DNA of 60,000 nucleotides, taken from the NCBI RefSeq assembly GCF_037042905.1, contig NC_087245.1, positions 39,868,001 through 39,928,000 of the forward strand, given 5' to 3'. A model generated the notes under the pieces. That model searched no databases, had not been told where the DNA came from, and saw only the letters and a list, made by a program, of their open reading frames with translations. This DNA is from Lytechinus pictus. Taxonomy: Eukaryota. How positions within the stretch are numbered: the first letter of the stretch is position 1; every line of letters begins with the position of its first letter. Both the position numbers and the translations under genes were made by a program. Shown piece by piece: positions 27,401 to 38,559 of this stretch.

Positions 27401-30400
27401 ATAACCCTGCTCATGGCTCTGTGGTTTGAAGTAGGGGATTATCTATACTCCTCAGTGGTCATAAAATTTGGTTTACAGACAGATGAAGTTATCCAATGAA
27501 AGCTCTCTGAAATTTTGGGTGGGTGGGACTTATTTTGACCGTGGGAACAAGTTTTCCAAAGAAGAAGCAGACTCTGAAATGGCTCGCTTCGCTCGCCCTT
27601 TCAGGCTGGTTTGCTTCGCAAACCAGCTGCAGATCCCACTTCACGAGCCATTCAGAGTCTGCATAGCAGACTAGCCCTGGGCTGGGTTGTTTTGTCCAGC
27701 CAAGGATTACACCATCTCCTTCTGTTTTGATGCAATCCCAGACCACTGTAGTCTACTACCCTAGACCCATGTAGTGTGTGGTTTGTAAATCCAGGGACTT
27801 GTATGCAGTCAAGCACAAAGGCCGACACTTTTGGTCACACCCAGAATAAGATGATATATTGTGCAGGGGGGAGGGATATGTATACATGTATGTGCATGTA
27901 ATCATGTTTTACAACAACAGGGGGCTTTATGCCACAGTAATTTATTTAAAATTTTCTGTCCTTGACATTCCAATGGTTGATATTTCTTATCTTTGTTTAT
28001 ATGTATTAAATGTATTGTTTTTTATATTTTTTTGCCGAATAGATAATAATAATGAAACATATGTGGGCCTTAATTAACCTACATGGACATGTATGTGTTC
28101 AAGAATTTATCTCTATGTACAACTGGTTTTCATATGAAAGAGAAGGATATGATTATCCATAAAAACAACATAAAGAACATGTGAATGTACATGCACAAAC
28201 ATAATGTACATGAACATACATGTTCATATGTGTAGTTATACCAACTTTGTACATTGTACAAAATTGTGTTACATGTACATGTGCACTGTTCTTTTTCTTA
28301 TTAATAAAAATAAAATAGAGATTGTGATGGTGGATGACCTTATAATAAACAACATACATAGCTAGACATACCTGGCTGCAAGTACATGTACATGCATTTT
28401 CCAGAATCAAGTCATAAAAAAAAAATTTTGACAAAAAATTATGCATGTAGGGACAGTGACTTTCCGTTTTAGCGGTATTAAACGGAAATTCCGTTTGGTT
28501 CTTATACTTTTATTATAAAAATTCATGGCATTCACCTTTGCTTTGCAAATCGGAATCAGGTTTTTGCTGAGTACATTTTCAGTGACAAAATGAATTTCCG
28601 TTTTTAGATCAAGTAGAAACTGAATTACAGATTTCCAGAAACAGAAAAGACAATTTTGTGAAACAGAAAATCACTGTCTCTATGCATGACATCCCCTTTT
28701 TTTCAACATATGGCGCACTGTAATAACTGTATGTACACGCAAGTCACATTTGTATTGGGATGAAGGTAAAATTCATTACATACTGTAATTTAAAACTACA
28801 TTTTGTAGGCCTAAATGTGTGCACATAACTCAGGGTGCTACATAAGCACTTGCCCGATTGCCCCGGGCAAGTAAAAGTTAGAGTCGGGCAAGTGTTTTGA
28901 AGTAAAGACCAAAACTACTTGCCAAAATTGGGCAAGCAAAATTCTCACAGTAGAATGACCAAAATTAGGGTCGATGATATGATATTGACCCTAATTTCGG
29001 TTATGGCAGGCAAGATAAAATCACTTTCGAAAAGAAATGCAATAACAAGGTTGATCAGTTCATGTCAAAAAGAGAAAAAAGGTCAATGGTTTATAAAAAC
29101 CGCAAAACTTTCTTTTGAAGAGGTAAAACTTTTTTGGGGGCAAGTGAAATAGATTTTTGGGCAAGTATATTCCAACTATTCAAAAATTTACTTACCCGAC
29201 TGGGCAAGTGCTTCTAAAAAGTTATGTACACCCTGACATAACTACATGTATACATGAATAATACATGTAGCTCTAGAGTCATGATGTTGATGTGTTTAGA
29301 ATGTACGTACAATGTAGAAACAGGGAGTTGGGAGAACACCTGGGCCCCGTCTTACAAAGAGTTGCGATGGATCCGATCAATCACAACTATGGACGGCCAG
29401 CAACGTCAATATGCATGTTTATTCAAAACAATTTCCAGCTACATGTACATGTGTATGATGTATATTCATGCATTCATTGATTTCTTATAAATTCACTGTG
29501 CTTCACTTTGTTTACGAAGGACATTGTGCAAATTTCCTGTAGAAAAATTATGACACTGATGGATTTCCATAGAGTTACGATTGATTGGAACAATCGTAAA
29601 TCTTTGTAAGACGGGGCCCTGGATGAACATTCTATTCATGTGCATCGTGCATGTACATTTTACATGGACCATGTGATGTACACTAACAATTCCTGGCATG
29701 CACAATGCATGAATAGTTTACAGCAGAGCATATGTGGAAGAATACAGTAAGGGTAGCTTAACCACAATCAGCACAAGCCCTGGTATTCTCAGAAAACCAT
29801 CAAGGCTGTTGATAGTGTCTTTCAAAGAAAACTAAATTCAGTTACTCTTTAGCCAAAATCAGTCCCATGCCTTTTATCCCCTGCTGTTTTCAATTTTCAC
29901 AAAGATGAAAAAGTTCCCATTTTTATTACATGTAACGGTATCAAACTACAAATTTCCCAGGTTTTATTTTACATGTATTTGGTGATTTAAATGTGAAGTC
30001 GAAAAGTTGATTTGATTTAGACAAGATAAATCAAACAACCAACACTCTAGTCTAGAAAATCATCATACTTGGAAGTAGTGACATTTTAATAATAATTTGC
30101 TTGTACACATACATGTGAGGTGCACATTCTAGTTGGTATGCAAATTATAAGAGAATGATGTACCCCACTATTTCTTCAATTTTCATATGAAATATGATTT
30201 TTTTTTTCATTCATGAAAACATGAAAGATAAAGTTTGTTTCTCTCAGAACATACACACAGGAGAACATTACCAGCTCATGCAATTCTTATGATATGAAAT
30301 GGGGTTTAATCATGATTTTGATCCACTGGAAATGTAAAGCACAAAACCTGTGCAAAGTTTAATACTTTACTAGCTGCATGCATGTTAAGTGTATGTGCTG

Positions 30401-32343
30401 AAAATTTTAAACTATTGGAAAATCCACACAAAAATATTTAATTTGTTGAATAAATACAATAAAATACAAAATTGAGCATTTTCCATACAAGTAGAACAAA
30501 AGCAGAATTCTAAGATGCCATAAATTTCTTATTTTACATTAGACTTTGAAAGAATTTTCAGTTATCACTATAGTATGTGCTTGATTGATATTTTTGTTTC
30601 AAATCAACTTTATGCCACCCACGGCTACATCTCAGCCGCCGACTACAGAATAATTGAAGGCACGGCGCATTCAACAAATAACGTTAATTTACGAAAAATT
30701 AATACGAGGACTTACAGAATGAAGTCCTCCTACGAAACTTACGAAACGATGTGAAGTCAATTGCTCATAATTTGATGAATATCCCTCAAAATGTGTCATT
30801 TAAGCGTTGATTTTTCTTCTCGTTGACGAAATACGAAAGCCACCTTTCTAGCTCTGAAATTTTTCGTCTAATGAGCGAAAGAGGGCGCGCGATTTATCTT
30901 CATATCAAAGACACTACAATTGAAAGACTAGACACAGAAATTATCTTACACGTAAATCGATGCAAAGCGTTACGCGAAGTCGGCAAAGCGTTCAATCTTT
31001 TTACTGTGAAGACTTTGGTGGGACGTTAATTGACAAACGAACGGTAGCACTTGCGGGGCTTTGTTCAAGGTACATAGAATTTTCTATATTATTTGTTTAA
31101 TTTGTCATCGTTTTGGATATTTTCCAAAAAGTATTATCGTCAGCAAAAATAATAAAAAAGTATGTTTTTTTAATTATTGCATTTATTGGGGTCTCTATTT
31201 TATCAAACAATTATTGGAATTGCGCATACAATGAATCATGAATCTAGTTTTAAAAATACCACCAAGCTGAATTAAGGTTGCAAACTGTATTAGCGCCACC
31301 AACGACCATCCTTTTATTTCCGTGGAAGAGACGTGCGAAGCCACTTTCCAGGCGGAGGTAAGCGATTTTGCTCTTTTTTGTGTCCTTTTTAAATTAAAAA
31401 AATATGTTGTAAATTGAAAATAGAACGCTTTCTACCAGAAAAAGCCCTGGTGAGTAACGGAATGGGTTTCGGCTATCATCATTCACGTTATGAAGCCATG
31501 TTAACGACAACTCTAAAATCCACTACAAAAACACGTTGGTTGTGCGAGGTTCGTATAGCATATAACCTCGCAATAGTGTGAGTGACTTTATGCTGGGGTT
31601 TACATGTAGCTCGGCTCACATATTTAGATTTTTAGCTTGTGTTCACCTGCATAAATGTCCAAACGCAGACACACAGTCAAAAACTGAATATGGTGAAACA
31701 AGCCTATGGTCGCATTTCATAAGTTGGGTAGGCCTATGCAAAAAAGGATGGCGAAAAAACAGTTTCCCATGCGGTGCCATGGATAAATTGTTGCTACATC
31801 ACAGCAACTTGACCAAATTTAAGATGAGTAAGATCTCATTTTGAAGCTATGCTAAATATAAATTAGATCAATACAATATCAGGAACAAAAACTATAGCAC
31901 TTTTGAAGTAACGGGGGTGGCGGAGCCAGTGAATGATTATTAAATTTAATTACATGTAACAACTGACTAGGTGTAATATGACTGGGTTTCTGTTAGATTA
32001 ATTTCAACAATAAAATTAAAGGGAAAAAATGACTCAAAATAATCAAGCGGTTAGCCTACTTAACTAAAGACAGTTTCATTCTTGCCGACTTCGTCATTGA
32101 CATTATATTATTATTATTGGCAATTGTCTGGCAATAAAGACACAGTACCGGTAGTGCAGGCCTAAACGATTGGGCAAAATCAGACAAAGTAGAGAGGGTC
32201 TATATTGTAAATACGGTAGTAGTAATAGATCAATCTAATTAAAAATTTGGCCAGCATTTCAAATGAACCTCACCATCACTTCCAGATGAAGGTCGTAATT
32301 TCCCATCCTCCTCAGTATCTGTTGTCGCACTCGCTTCAGCCAT
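695..32343 (-). CDS. Multi-exon coiled-coil protein, Bfr1/proton-pump-interactor-like (5' part; 3' end lies beyond the window start)
   Basis: Six GT-AG exons splice in frame: 32343-32274, 10548-10448, 8909-8742, 5106-4931, 4281-4209, 833-695 (727 nt). Translation: MAEASATTDTEEDGKLRPSSGSDGVGKRRVVRQPNRRLHERDLQSLTERISGKEAELKSLGRP...KIKANLPHKTIQAIDDNIRKLEYQYENHNFRLRRDEDRLIAEILKLKRSKK...EAWNRYREAGPQRERIKK. Family call is from recalled motif similarity. Confidence 0.8.
1375..1977. mobile_element. Kolobok-type MITE (~600 bp)
   Basis: TTAA TSD, AGGTCAAGTCCACC/GGTGGACTTGACCT termini, ~130-bp imperfect TIRs; several copies in the window. Confidence 0.9.
3072..3492 (+). mobile_element. Non-autonomous DNA transposon with 6-bp TSD (hAT6-like)
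   Basis: CAGACCTGTCAACC terminus, TSD AAATCG on both sides; inverted sister copy at 59500-59918. Confidence 0.8.
4209..4281 (-). CDS. Bfr1-like gene exon (EYQTKRTEIESCIRRKEEMKKQRN)
   Basis: AACAG acceptor, GTAAGT donor, 73 nt, phase 2 to 0. Confidence 0.85.
4931..5106 (-). CDS. Bfr1-like gene exon (SDVLSKIKANLPHKTIQAIDDNIRKLE...LKRSKKEV)
   Basis: CTGCAG acceptor, GTGAGT donor, 176 nt, phase 0 to 2. Confidence 0.9.
5728..6160 (+). mobile_element. MITE with CAGGGTGCTACATAA TIR (hAT- or P-like)
   Basis: TIRs, ACTTGCCC subterminal repeats, TSD CTTCACT; near-identical copies at 28831 and 49039. Confidence 0.85.
8228..8393. mobile_element. Short Harbinger-type MITE
   Basis: TIR GGCTCCGTAACACAAAG, TSD CTG; relative near 59218-59346. 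Confidence 0.75.
8742..8909 (-). CDS. Bfr1-like gene exon (KSLGRPNNES...DEDIRKLSDDISKK)
   Basis: TTTCAG acceptor, GTAGGA donor, 168 nt, phase 0 to 0. Confidence 0.85.
9200..10440. repeat. Degenerate (CAT/CAC)n trinucleotide satellite
   Basis: About 1.2 kb of ATC/ACC triplets with higher-order ~50-nt units. Confidence 0.95.
10448..10548 (-). CDS. Bfr1-like gene exon (VGKRRVVRQPNRRLHERDLQSLTERISGKEAEL)
   Basis: Polypyrimidine+CAG acceptor, GTAATG donor, open frame, phase 1 to 0. Confidence 0.85.
11497..11870 (+). mobile_element. 3' fragment of an L2/CR1-type LINE
   Basis: GDRAFQSAAPVLWNKLP...FLKSLKTYLF and 3' UTR with (TAT)n tail. Confidence 0.8.
14090..14280 (-). mobile_element. tRNA-derived SINE
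   Basis: Minus strand GGTGTGTTGGCTCAGTTGGTAGAGC... with degenerate B box, followed by non-tRNA body. Confidence 0.7.
15616..15667 (+). ncRNA. Minimal type I hammerhead ribozyme (Penelope-like element type)
   Basis: Stem I TTTAGTTG/CAACTAAA, core CUGAUGA (15626-15632), stem II CCC-TCAG-GGG, GAAA (15644-15647), palindromic stem III ACAG-T-CTGT, cleavage triplet GUA (15654-15656). Confidence 0.8.
16615..17283. mobile_element. PIF/Harbinger-group MITE, CpG-rich
   Basis: Perfect ~29-bp TIR AGTGGGTTTTCGCCCAGCGTCGTACGACG, 3-bp TSD ATT. Confidence 0.85.
17353..17873. mobile_element. Harbinger-type MITE with CTTAACCCC subterminal repeats
   Basis: TIR TATGCTTTTCACAC / GTGTGAAAAGTATA, TSD TTA. Confidence 0.8.
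18176..18624. mobile_element. Harbinger-type MITE
   Basis: TIR GAGGCTGTTCTCA / TGAGAACGGCCTC, TSD TTA; empty site visible in the tandem copy near 19190. Confidence 0.85.
19880..20220. repeat. Pyrimidine-rich low-complexity tract
   Basis: CT-rich run. Confidence 0.85.
20292..20882. mobile_element. Kolobok-type MITE
   Basis: TTAA TSD; same family as 1375-1977, opposite orientation. Confidence 0.9.
21530..21827. mobile_element. hAT-like MITE
   Basis: CAGTGGCGTACCTA / TAGGTACGCTAGTG termini, 8-bp TSD CACTACAG. Confidence 0.8.
22385..22778. mobile_element. Kolobok-type MITE (second family), innermost
   Basis: TTAA|AGATAAATTCCAGT...ACTGGAATTTCTCT|TTAA. Confidence 0.8.
22882..23482. mobile_element. 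Kolobok-type MITE, innermost
   Basis: TTAA|AGGACAAGTCCACCC...GGGTGGACATGACCT|TTAA, long TIRs. Confidence 0.9.
24868..25464. mobile_element. Kolobok-type MITE (diverged family)
   Basis: TTAA|AGGAATTGTCCAGGCTG...CAGCCCGGTCCATTCCT|TTTA. Confidence 0.75.
26500..27268 (+). mobile_element. 3' fragment of a CR1-group LINE
   Basis: LITLYHSMIFSYLKYCN and GPKQWNEIP remnants, AATAAA followed by (ATTGA)n tail. Confidence 0.65.
28448..28682. mobile_element. MITE TAGGGACAGTGA...TCACTGTCTCTA with 6-bp TSD
   Basis: TSD TGCATG; relatives at 50213-50407 and 54009-54653. Confidence 0.75.
28831..29235 (+). mobile_element. MITE with CAGGGTGCTACATAA TIR
   Basis: 8-bp TSD ACATAACT. Confidence 0.85.
29343..29618. 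mobile_element. Harbinger-type MITE
   Basis: TIR GGCCCCGTCTTACAAAG, TSD CTG; relative near 52510-52780. Confidence 0.8.
32274..32343 (-). CDS. Bfr1-like gene, likely first coding exon (MAEASATTDTEEDGKLRPSSGSD-G)
   Basis: First in-frame ATG after an upstream in-frame stop; G|GTGAGG donor in phase 1 matches the phase of exon 10548; CpG-rich surroundings. Confidence 0.7.
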
Positions 32344-32929
32344 CTCTCCGCGTCTCCACCTTTGCTCTGCTCTGCCTCTGCTCTCAAGCTCCCCTGCTAG
32401 CAGCGCAGGAGAGCGAGAAAACACAGATTAGGTACCCGGAAGCTCAGGGCCGAATTACCGGTACCGGTAAGGATGCCAGAGTGGGTCCTCTGCTTTTGCC
32501 TTTTCTTCTGCTGCAAAATCGTATAACTGGGTTGTGACTTTCAGCAACCAAACTCAGTAATTTCCAACTGCATTCTCCGCTGAAGGAATATCCATACCTC
32601 CAGGAATATATATCCAACTTATACATCCATGACAACTTTTTACTGAACAAGGATCAGAATGCAGGAACGGGGATCGGCAGAGGCTGGCTAGCTAGCTGGC
32701 TCCTTCGTCTTTCGATATGATATGATGAATGGATTCCAAGTCACGTGAGGTGTGTGTGTGTGTGTGTGATATATGTGTGCTTACATGCGATATAATGCAA
32801 GGACGTCCAGACGTGTATAACGTATGTGCAGAGATGTTCGTTTCTGTGTGTGTGTTGTTTTTTCTGGTTTATTCAAGTTCAAAGAGCGAAGCGCGCGCCT
32901 GGTATACAGAATGGAATATTAATATACAG

Positions 32930-35900
32930 GCATGTACTGGTACTCGCAAAAGACTCTGGAACATATACATTGAGGTCCTGGTCCGGGACAATTTACGTCA
33001 TTATACGCCTATTCTGAATAATATTCAAATATACTACAACGTGTTTTCCATGCCCAGGCATAAAAAAGATACAACAGGGGCCGCGGAACAGGCTTATAGG
33101 CTTATCTATATTTGAGCCCCGATGAGGAATGGTTTTGTTCAACCTGTTTTTTACCATCTTTCTGTGAATCTTTATTTGACGACTACAATAATACTATTGT
33201 AAACTGTGAGAAAGAAATTCGGGTACCCGAAAACATTCCAGAGCCAAATTTACAACAAAAAAACTCGAAGGATTCAAGTTTACTTTATCAAGATTTTGAA
33301 AACATATTTGCTGTAAAAGGCCTTCACTTTGTACATCTAAATGTTAGATCTATTCTACCAAAAATTTCAGAACTTCGAATTCTTTTTAAGAGAAAAAAAT
33401 CTTGCAGTCATTGCTTTTACAGAAACATGGCTATTAAATAACTCGGTGAACGATGAAGAAATCAATATAGATGGATACAAAGTAATACGCAATGATAGAT
33501 TATCAGGCTCTGGGGGTGGTGTATGTTTTTATGTCCGAAATGATATTGCATTCAATATCATAGATGTTTTAAGTACAGGTGATTCTGAATCACTGTGGAT
33601 TAATTTGCTTCTACCAAGATCAAAACCAATTATTGCTGGCGTCATTTATAGGCCTCCGAAAAGCAATCCATTTATTGAGAAGATGTCAAATGATTCTCGA
33701 TATATTAAAGAAAGATGATGAAATTATACTTTTAGGCGATATGAATGTTTGTCTTTTTCAGAAATCTCCACTGGCTAAAAAATATACTGACTTACCCTTT
33801 CATAAACCCAATAAAACCCAATTGAGTCTTCATGGATTTAGCCAACTCATCAAAGATGCAACCCGTGTCACTCACACATGTTCTTCTTTATTGGACCATG
33901 TGATTTGTAATAACGAACAAAAAATAAGTCAAAGTGGTGTTTAATTTTGATCTTGGTATAAGTGACCATTCTTTTACTTTCTGTACACGAAAGAAAATAA
34001 GACTGGCTATAGGTGTTCACAGAACCACTGATATCAGATCGTTGAAAAAATATAGCGAAGAATCTTTCAATCTTAAACTGTCTGCCGTTGATTGGTCAGA
34101 TTTAACCCAATGCACTGACGTAAATAAGGCTTGGTCAGTTTTTCAAAATACTTTTATTTCAACGTTGAATATGATAGCGCCTCAAAAACGGATTAGAATT
34201 AAACAGAGATCAGAAAACTGGATGACTAAAGATATCATTTCTCTTATTCGAGAAAGAAATGTGGCGTATAAAAAATGAAGAAAAATCTAAGCGATCAGGA
34301 TTATGACACGCTTTCCAAAAGATACAAGAAATTAAGAAATATGGTTCAAAGAGAGGTGAAAAAGGCCAAATTAGAATACCTACAAAATAAAATAGAAGAA
34401 AATAAAAATGATTCTAAAAGACTTTGGCAGAATCTAAAAAGTTTGGGATTAAAAAAGAAAAATGGAAAGGACCAAGAATTAGTCGTTTCAATTGACGGAG
34501 ACTTATGTCATGATAAGATAACTATTTCCAATGAATTCAATTCCTATTTTACAAATGTCGCAGCTACGTTGGTAGATAAACTTCCATCTTGCAAATACAT
34601 TTTCAGTGCAGACAGTGAAAACATTCGTAAATTTTATGAAAAAAAAGGTATAAGCCAAGATAAATTTGAATTATTACCTGTTAGTGATCAATTCATTTTT
34701 AATGAGTTGCGTAAATTAAATGTATCAAAAAGCACTGGGTTAGATTTTATACCTGCTAAATTTCTAAAAGAAGGAGCAAATAGTTTGTACAAACCATTAA
34801 ATTTCTTAATAAATCTATCTATCTTTACTAGCACTTTCCCAGAGGATATGAAAATTGCAAAAGTAACTCCTATTCATAAGAAGAAAGATAAAACTGCTGT
34901 TGAAAACTATAGACCTATCAGTGTTTTAAGCATATGGTATCCAAAATTCTAGAAAAGGCGGTATGTGTTCAGATCGAAAAATATTTTAAAGAAAATGATA
35001 TGATTTACGAATATCAGGCAGGTTTTCGACATGACTATTCGACTGAGACATGCCTTATTCACTTGACTGATTATCTGAGAACAAATATGTCTAAGGGACA
35101 ATTCGTTGGGATTGTACTCCTAGATCTTCAAAAAGCATTTGATACAGTTAATCACGGCATCTTATTGAAAAAATTACAAATAATGGGTTTTAACCAGGCT
35201 ACTGTAGCATGGTTCAAATCCTACTTGTCGAATCGACATCAAGTAGTGGCTATTCGCGATATTTGTTCCAAAATTATGCCTATAACGTGTGGAGTTCCAC
35301 AGGGAAGTATTTTAGGCCCAATCCTATTTTCAACTTATATCAATGACATGTCTATTTGTTTAAAAGCTGACTGTAAATTATTATTGTATGCAGATGATAG
35401 CGTACTACTTTGTTCAAATGCCAACCCAAAATTTGTTGAGGAAAAACTTAGCGAACAGCTGTCTACATGTGTCGATTGGATGACTGATAATAGATTATCG
35501 TTACACTTAGGCAAAACCGAAAGCATTCTGTTTTGTTCTAAAAGTAATCATAAAACTTCATTTGAATTTGAAGTATCATACAATAATAAGATAATTCATA
35601 GGAAAGAATCTGTAAAGTATTTAGGCATTGAGTTGACTAGCTCCCTTTCATTTTCATCTTTAGTAGAATCAATCGTAAAAAAGGCGAATGCCCGTTTGAA
35701 ATTTTTGTACAGGTATCAAAGTTGTATGGATCAAAAAGCAAGGCGTATTCTCTGTTTTGCTCTTATTCAGAGTTTATTTGACTATGCCAACCCTGCTTGG
35801 TTTAGTGGCATATATAAGCGAACTCGATAAAAAGAAGTTGAAAATTATACAGAATAAAATGGTTAGATTCATTAGCTGTTCTGGTCCCAGAACCCATATT

Positions 35901-36867
35901 GGCTACACCGAACTCTCTGGAGCAGGTTTTCTTGAAGTCAACAAAAGATCAAAACAGCTTATTTTGCACCACGTGCATAAAATCTATCAGAATAGATCGA
36001 ATCATTACATTGGATCAAACTTTAATCTAGTTACCGAAATACATAACTATAATACAAGAAACAGCCATTTCAATTTTTGCTTATATACCAGAAAGGATAG
36101 GTAGTATTGGTAACTCATTTTATTACAATGCTATAAAACATTGGAATTCCCTTCCCAATGATATAAAGGAAATAGGAAACTTTTTGCATTTTAAGAGGAA
36201 ATTGAAAGAATATCTTTCACTTGAGAGTCAAAAAGAAGATGCAAATGATATGTTGTACGGTTGATTTAGCCTGAATACTGACCTAGTTCTTTTCTCTTCT
36301 CTACTAGGTATTATTATGTATTTTACATAGTTTGATCATGGACCTATTACGAATAGGTCCATGGTTTGATTGAAGCTTCGATATGTCCTTTCTTCGATTC
36401 TTTCTATTTCTTTTATCTCTTCCTATTCTCCTCTTCTTGATGTTATTGTCGTCACGTTTTTGCTGTTGTTCTTCTCCTTATTTATTTCCCTTCGTTATCA
36501 GTTTCTTCCGTCTCCTTCTACTCCTCGTCCCCTCTCTTCTTCTGTTCCTCCTCTTCCTTCTCCTTCTTTTCTTCTTCTTCTTCGTTATATTCTTGTATAT
36601 ATCTTATTTATTGTCTATATATCTTATTTATTGTCTATATATCTTATTTATTGGTAATAGTAAATTCTTATTTTTTTCTTCATTTTTAATATGTAAATAG
36701 TATAATTTTAACATTTTATTATCTTAATTCTGTATATTGAGGACCCCACTGGAAATAAACTTTCGAGCTTTCGTGGGTCATCCTGTGCAAGCCTGTTGTT
36801 TTAATGCTACTGTATATATGTTATGGTGACTTGCCAGATAAAATCAATCAATCAATCAATCAATCAA
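32930..36867 (+). mobile_element. CR1-group (L2/Crack-like) non-LTR retrotransposon with frameshifted ORF2
   Basis: PHD remnant (EEWFCSTC), APE endonuclease (HLNVRS, TETWL, GGGVCFY, IYRPP, LGDMN, SDH), RT (YRPIS, LDLQKAFDTV, GVPQGSILGP, YADD), 3' stem-loop 36742-36779, (ATCA)n tail; at least six frameshifts; 5' boundary approximate. Confidence 0.93.
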
Positions 36868-38559
36868 GGCTGCATGCCGGCCGCCGGCATGGCCGGATGG
36901 CTTCATTGCAGTGAGCCCCCCCCCCCCCCCCCATTTGAAAAATATAAGGAAAATTGAATACAAAAAATAATGTTGGGGCTAAAAATAATGAAGCTAGAAC
37001 ACTTTTTCAGGCTGCACCTTGAAGCTGCGGGCTATTCTTCAAATTCAGAAAGAGCATAATTTCCTTGGGCCAGAAGCCTTTTGTTATCAAGAAATTTAAA
37101 GAAAAAGTTGATTTGAATAAAAAGAGAAAAATCCAATAAGCATAACGCTGAAAATGTCATCAAAATAGGATGTAGATTGACATCGTTGAAGCATTTTATG
37201 GTTTAGTCAAGTCGGTCTTTGTTTTTAAATCTGTAAAATTTGAAATATTGTATAATGCAAAAAAATAAAATAAAAATAGAAATAGTCAGCGAGTGGCATC
37301 ATCGACTCTCTCAACTGCATGTTATAAATTGTGCATATAACTATTTTGTGAAAAATAATAGAAATTTGACAATGTTATATCTTTGTTATTTTACATCCGA
37401 TTTTGATGAAAATAATGTTCAGTGTTTTATTCTTGTTTGATTTTTTCTGCTTTTCTGGGGTGGACTTGACTTTTTAAAAATAATCAAAATCGATGTGAGA
37501 GGGTTTTTTATTCAAATATTAGGCAAACCTACGTCTATATAGGCCTACCTAATCATCACTGGCTTTTTGATTGAATGAGAAATAAAAACAATTTGTAGTG
37601 TGGAAACGAGCTGGTCGGGGGGGGGGGCGCATAAACTTATCCCGCACCAAACGTTGAGCGATTTATAAAATTAAAAAAGAATTAATAGGGAAGACAAATA
37701 TTCCTGGACTCAAATTTAGATTACAATATGATTTCGAAGCGTACTAGCATGCAGATGGGGGCCATATACCCCCCCCCCAAAAAAAAAAAAAAAAAAAAAA
37801 AAAACGGTGCCTATTTTCTGGATATTTTGTCAATATCTATCATAAAACACCAATTTTGTGATTTAAAAAAAGAGAAATTTTTACTCCGCTCGCTGGCTCG
37901 CAATTACTTTTCTGGCCCCCTACTTTTTTTTTTACTCATTACGTCACTGCCGAAACGTGCAAAAACTATATAGTCATACAAGCACTCAAATCAGGGAGAA
38001 GAAAGGTTCCCCTCCCTCGCCATGATCGTCGGACTCGGTGAAGTTTCATAAAAAGAAGAAGATCCCGATAATATGAAATAATATCACTCTCTTGTCATGC
38101 TTGTCCATTTTATTCAAGTCTATATGACATATACTTTTCCAGACATAAATTCAAAATCCTCATTAATAACATATTATTATGCAGGGGCGTCGCTTAGACT
38201 TTTCCAGTGGAGGGGTGTGGAGCGGAGGCCCTGATTGCCGACAAATATCGGTACCGATTACACATTTTTCTTTTGTAATACACAGGGGCAGGTTCAACTT
38301 TAATCAATAGGGGGAGGATTGAAAAATATTTTCATTCACATTTTCCCCGTCTTGGCCGCCCAAATCTGATTTTTTTTCTTTTTGGGGGGGGGGTGTTGTC
38401 CCAATTAAAATTTCATTCATAGAAACAAGATAAGGTATTTCATGTGGCCTGAATATAAAAAAAATACCATGCGATCTCGAATTTCTTATTTCATATATTT
38501 AGACCTTTAAATAGAACATTTTGAGAAGCTTTTGTAATAAACTATATGCGTATCTAACT

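Larger units (their letters stand above)
19319..27673 (-). mobile_element. AcademH-like DNA transposon relic with nested insertions
   Basis: Termini TAGTCT...AGACTA, perfect 9-bp TSD GCCCTGGGC (19310-19318 / 27674-27682), empty site at 18754-18762, terminal hairpins, degenerate transposase-like peptides on the minus strand. Confidence 0.75.
18090..28030. repeat. Tandem duplication of a ~0.6-kb unit; copy 1 ~18090-19140, copy 2 19141-19318 plus 27683-28030
   Basis: Direct alignment by eye; each copy shows the empty site of the other's insertion. Confidence 0.85.
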
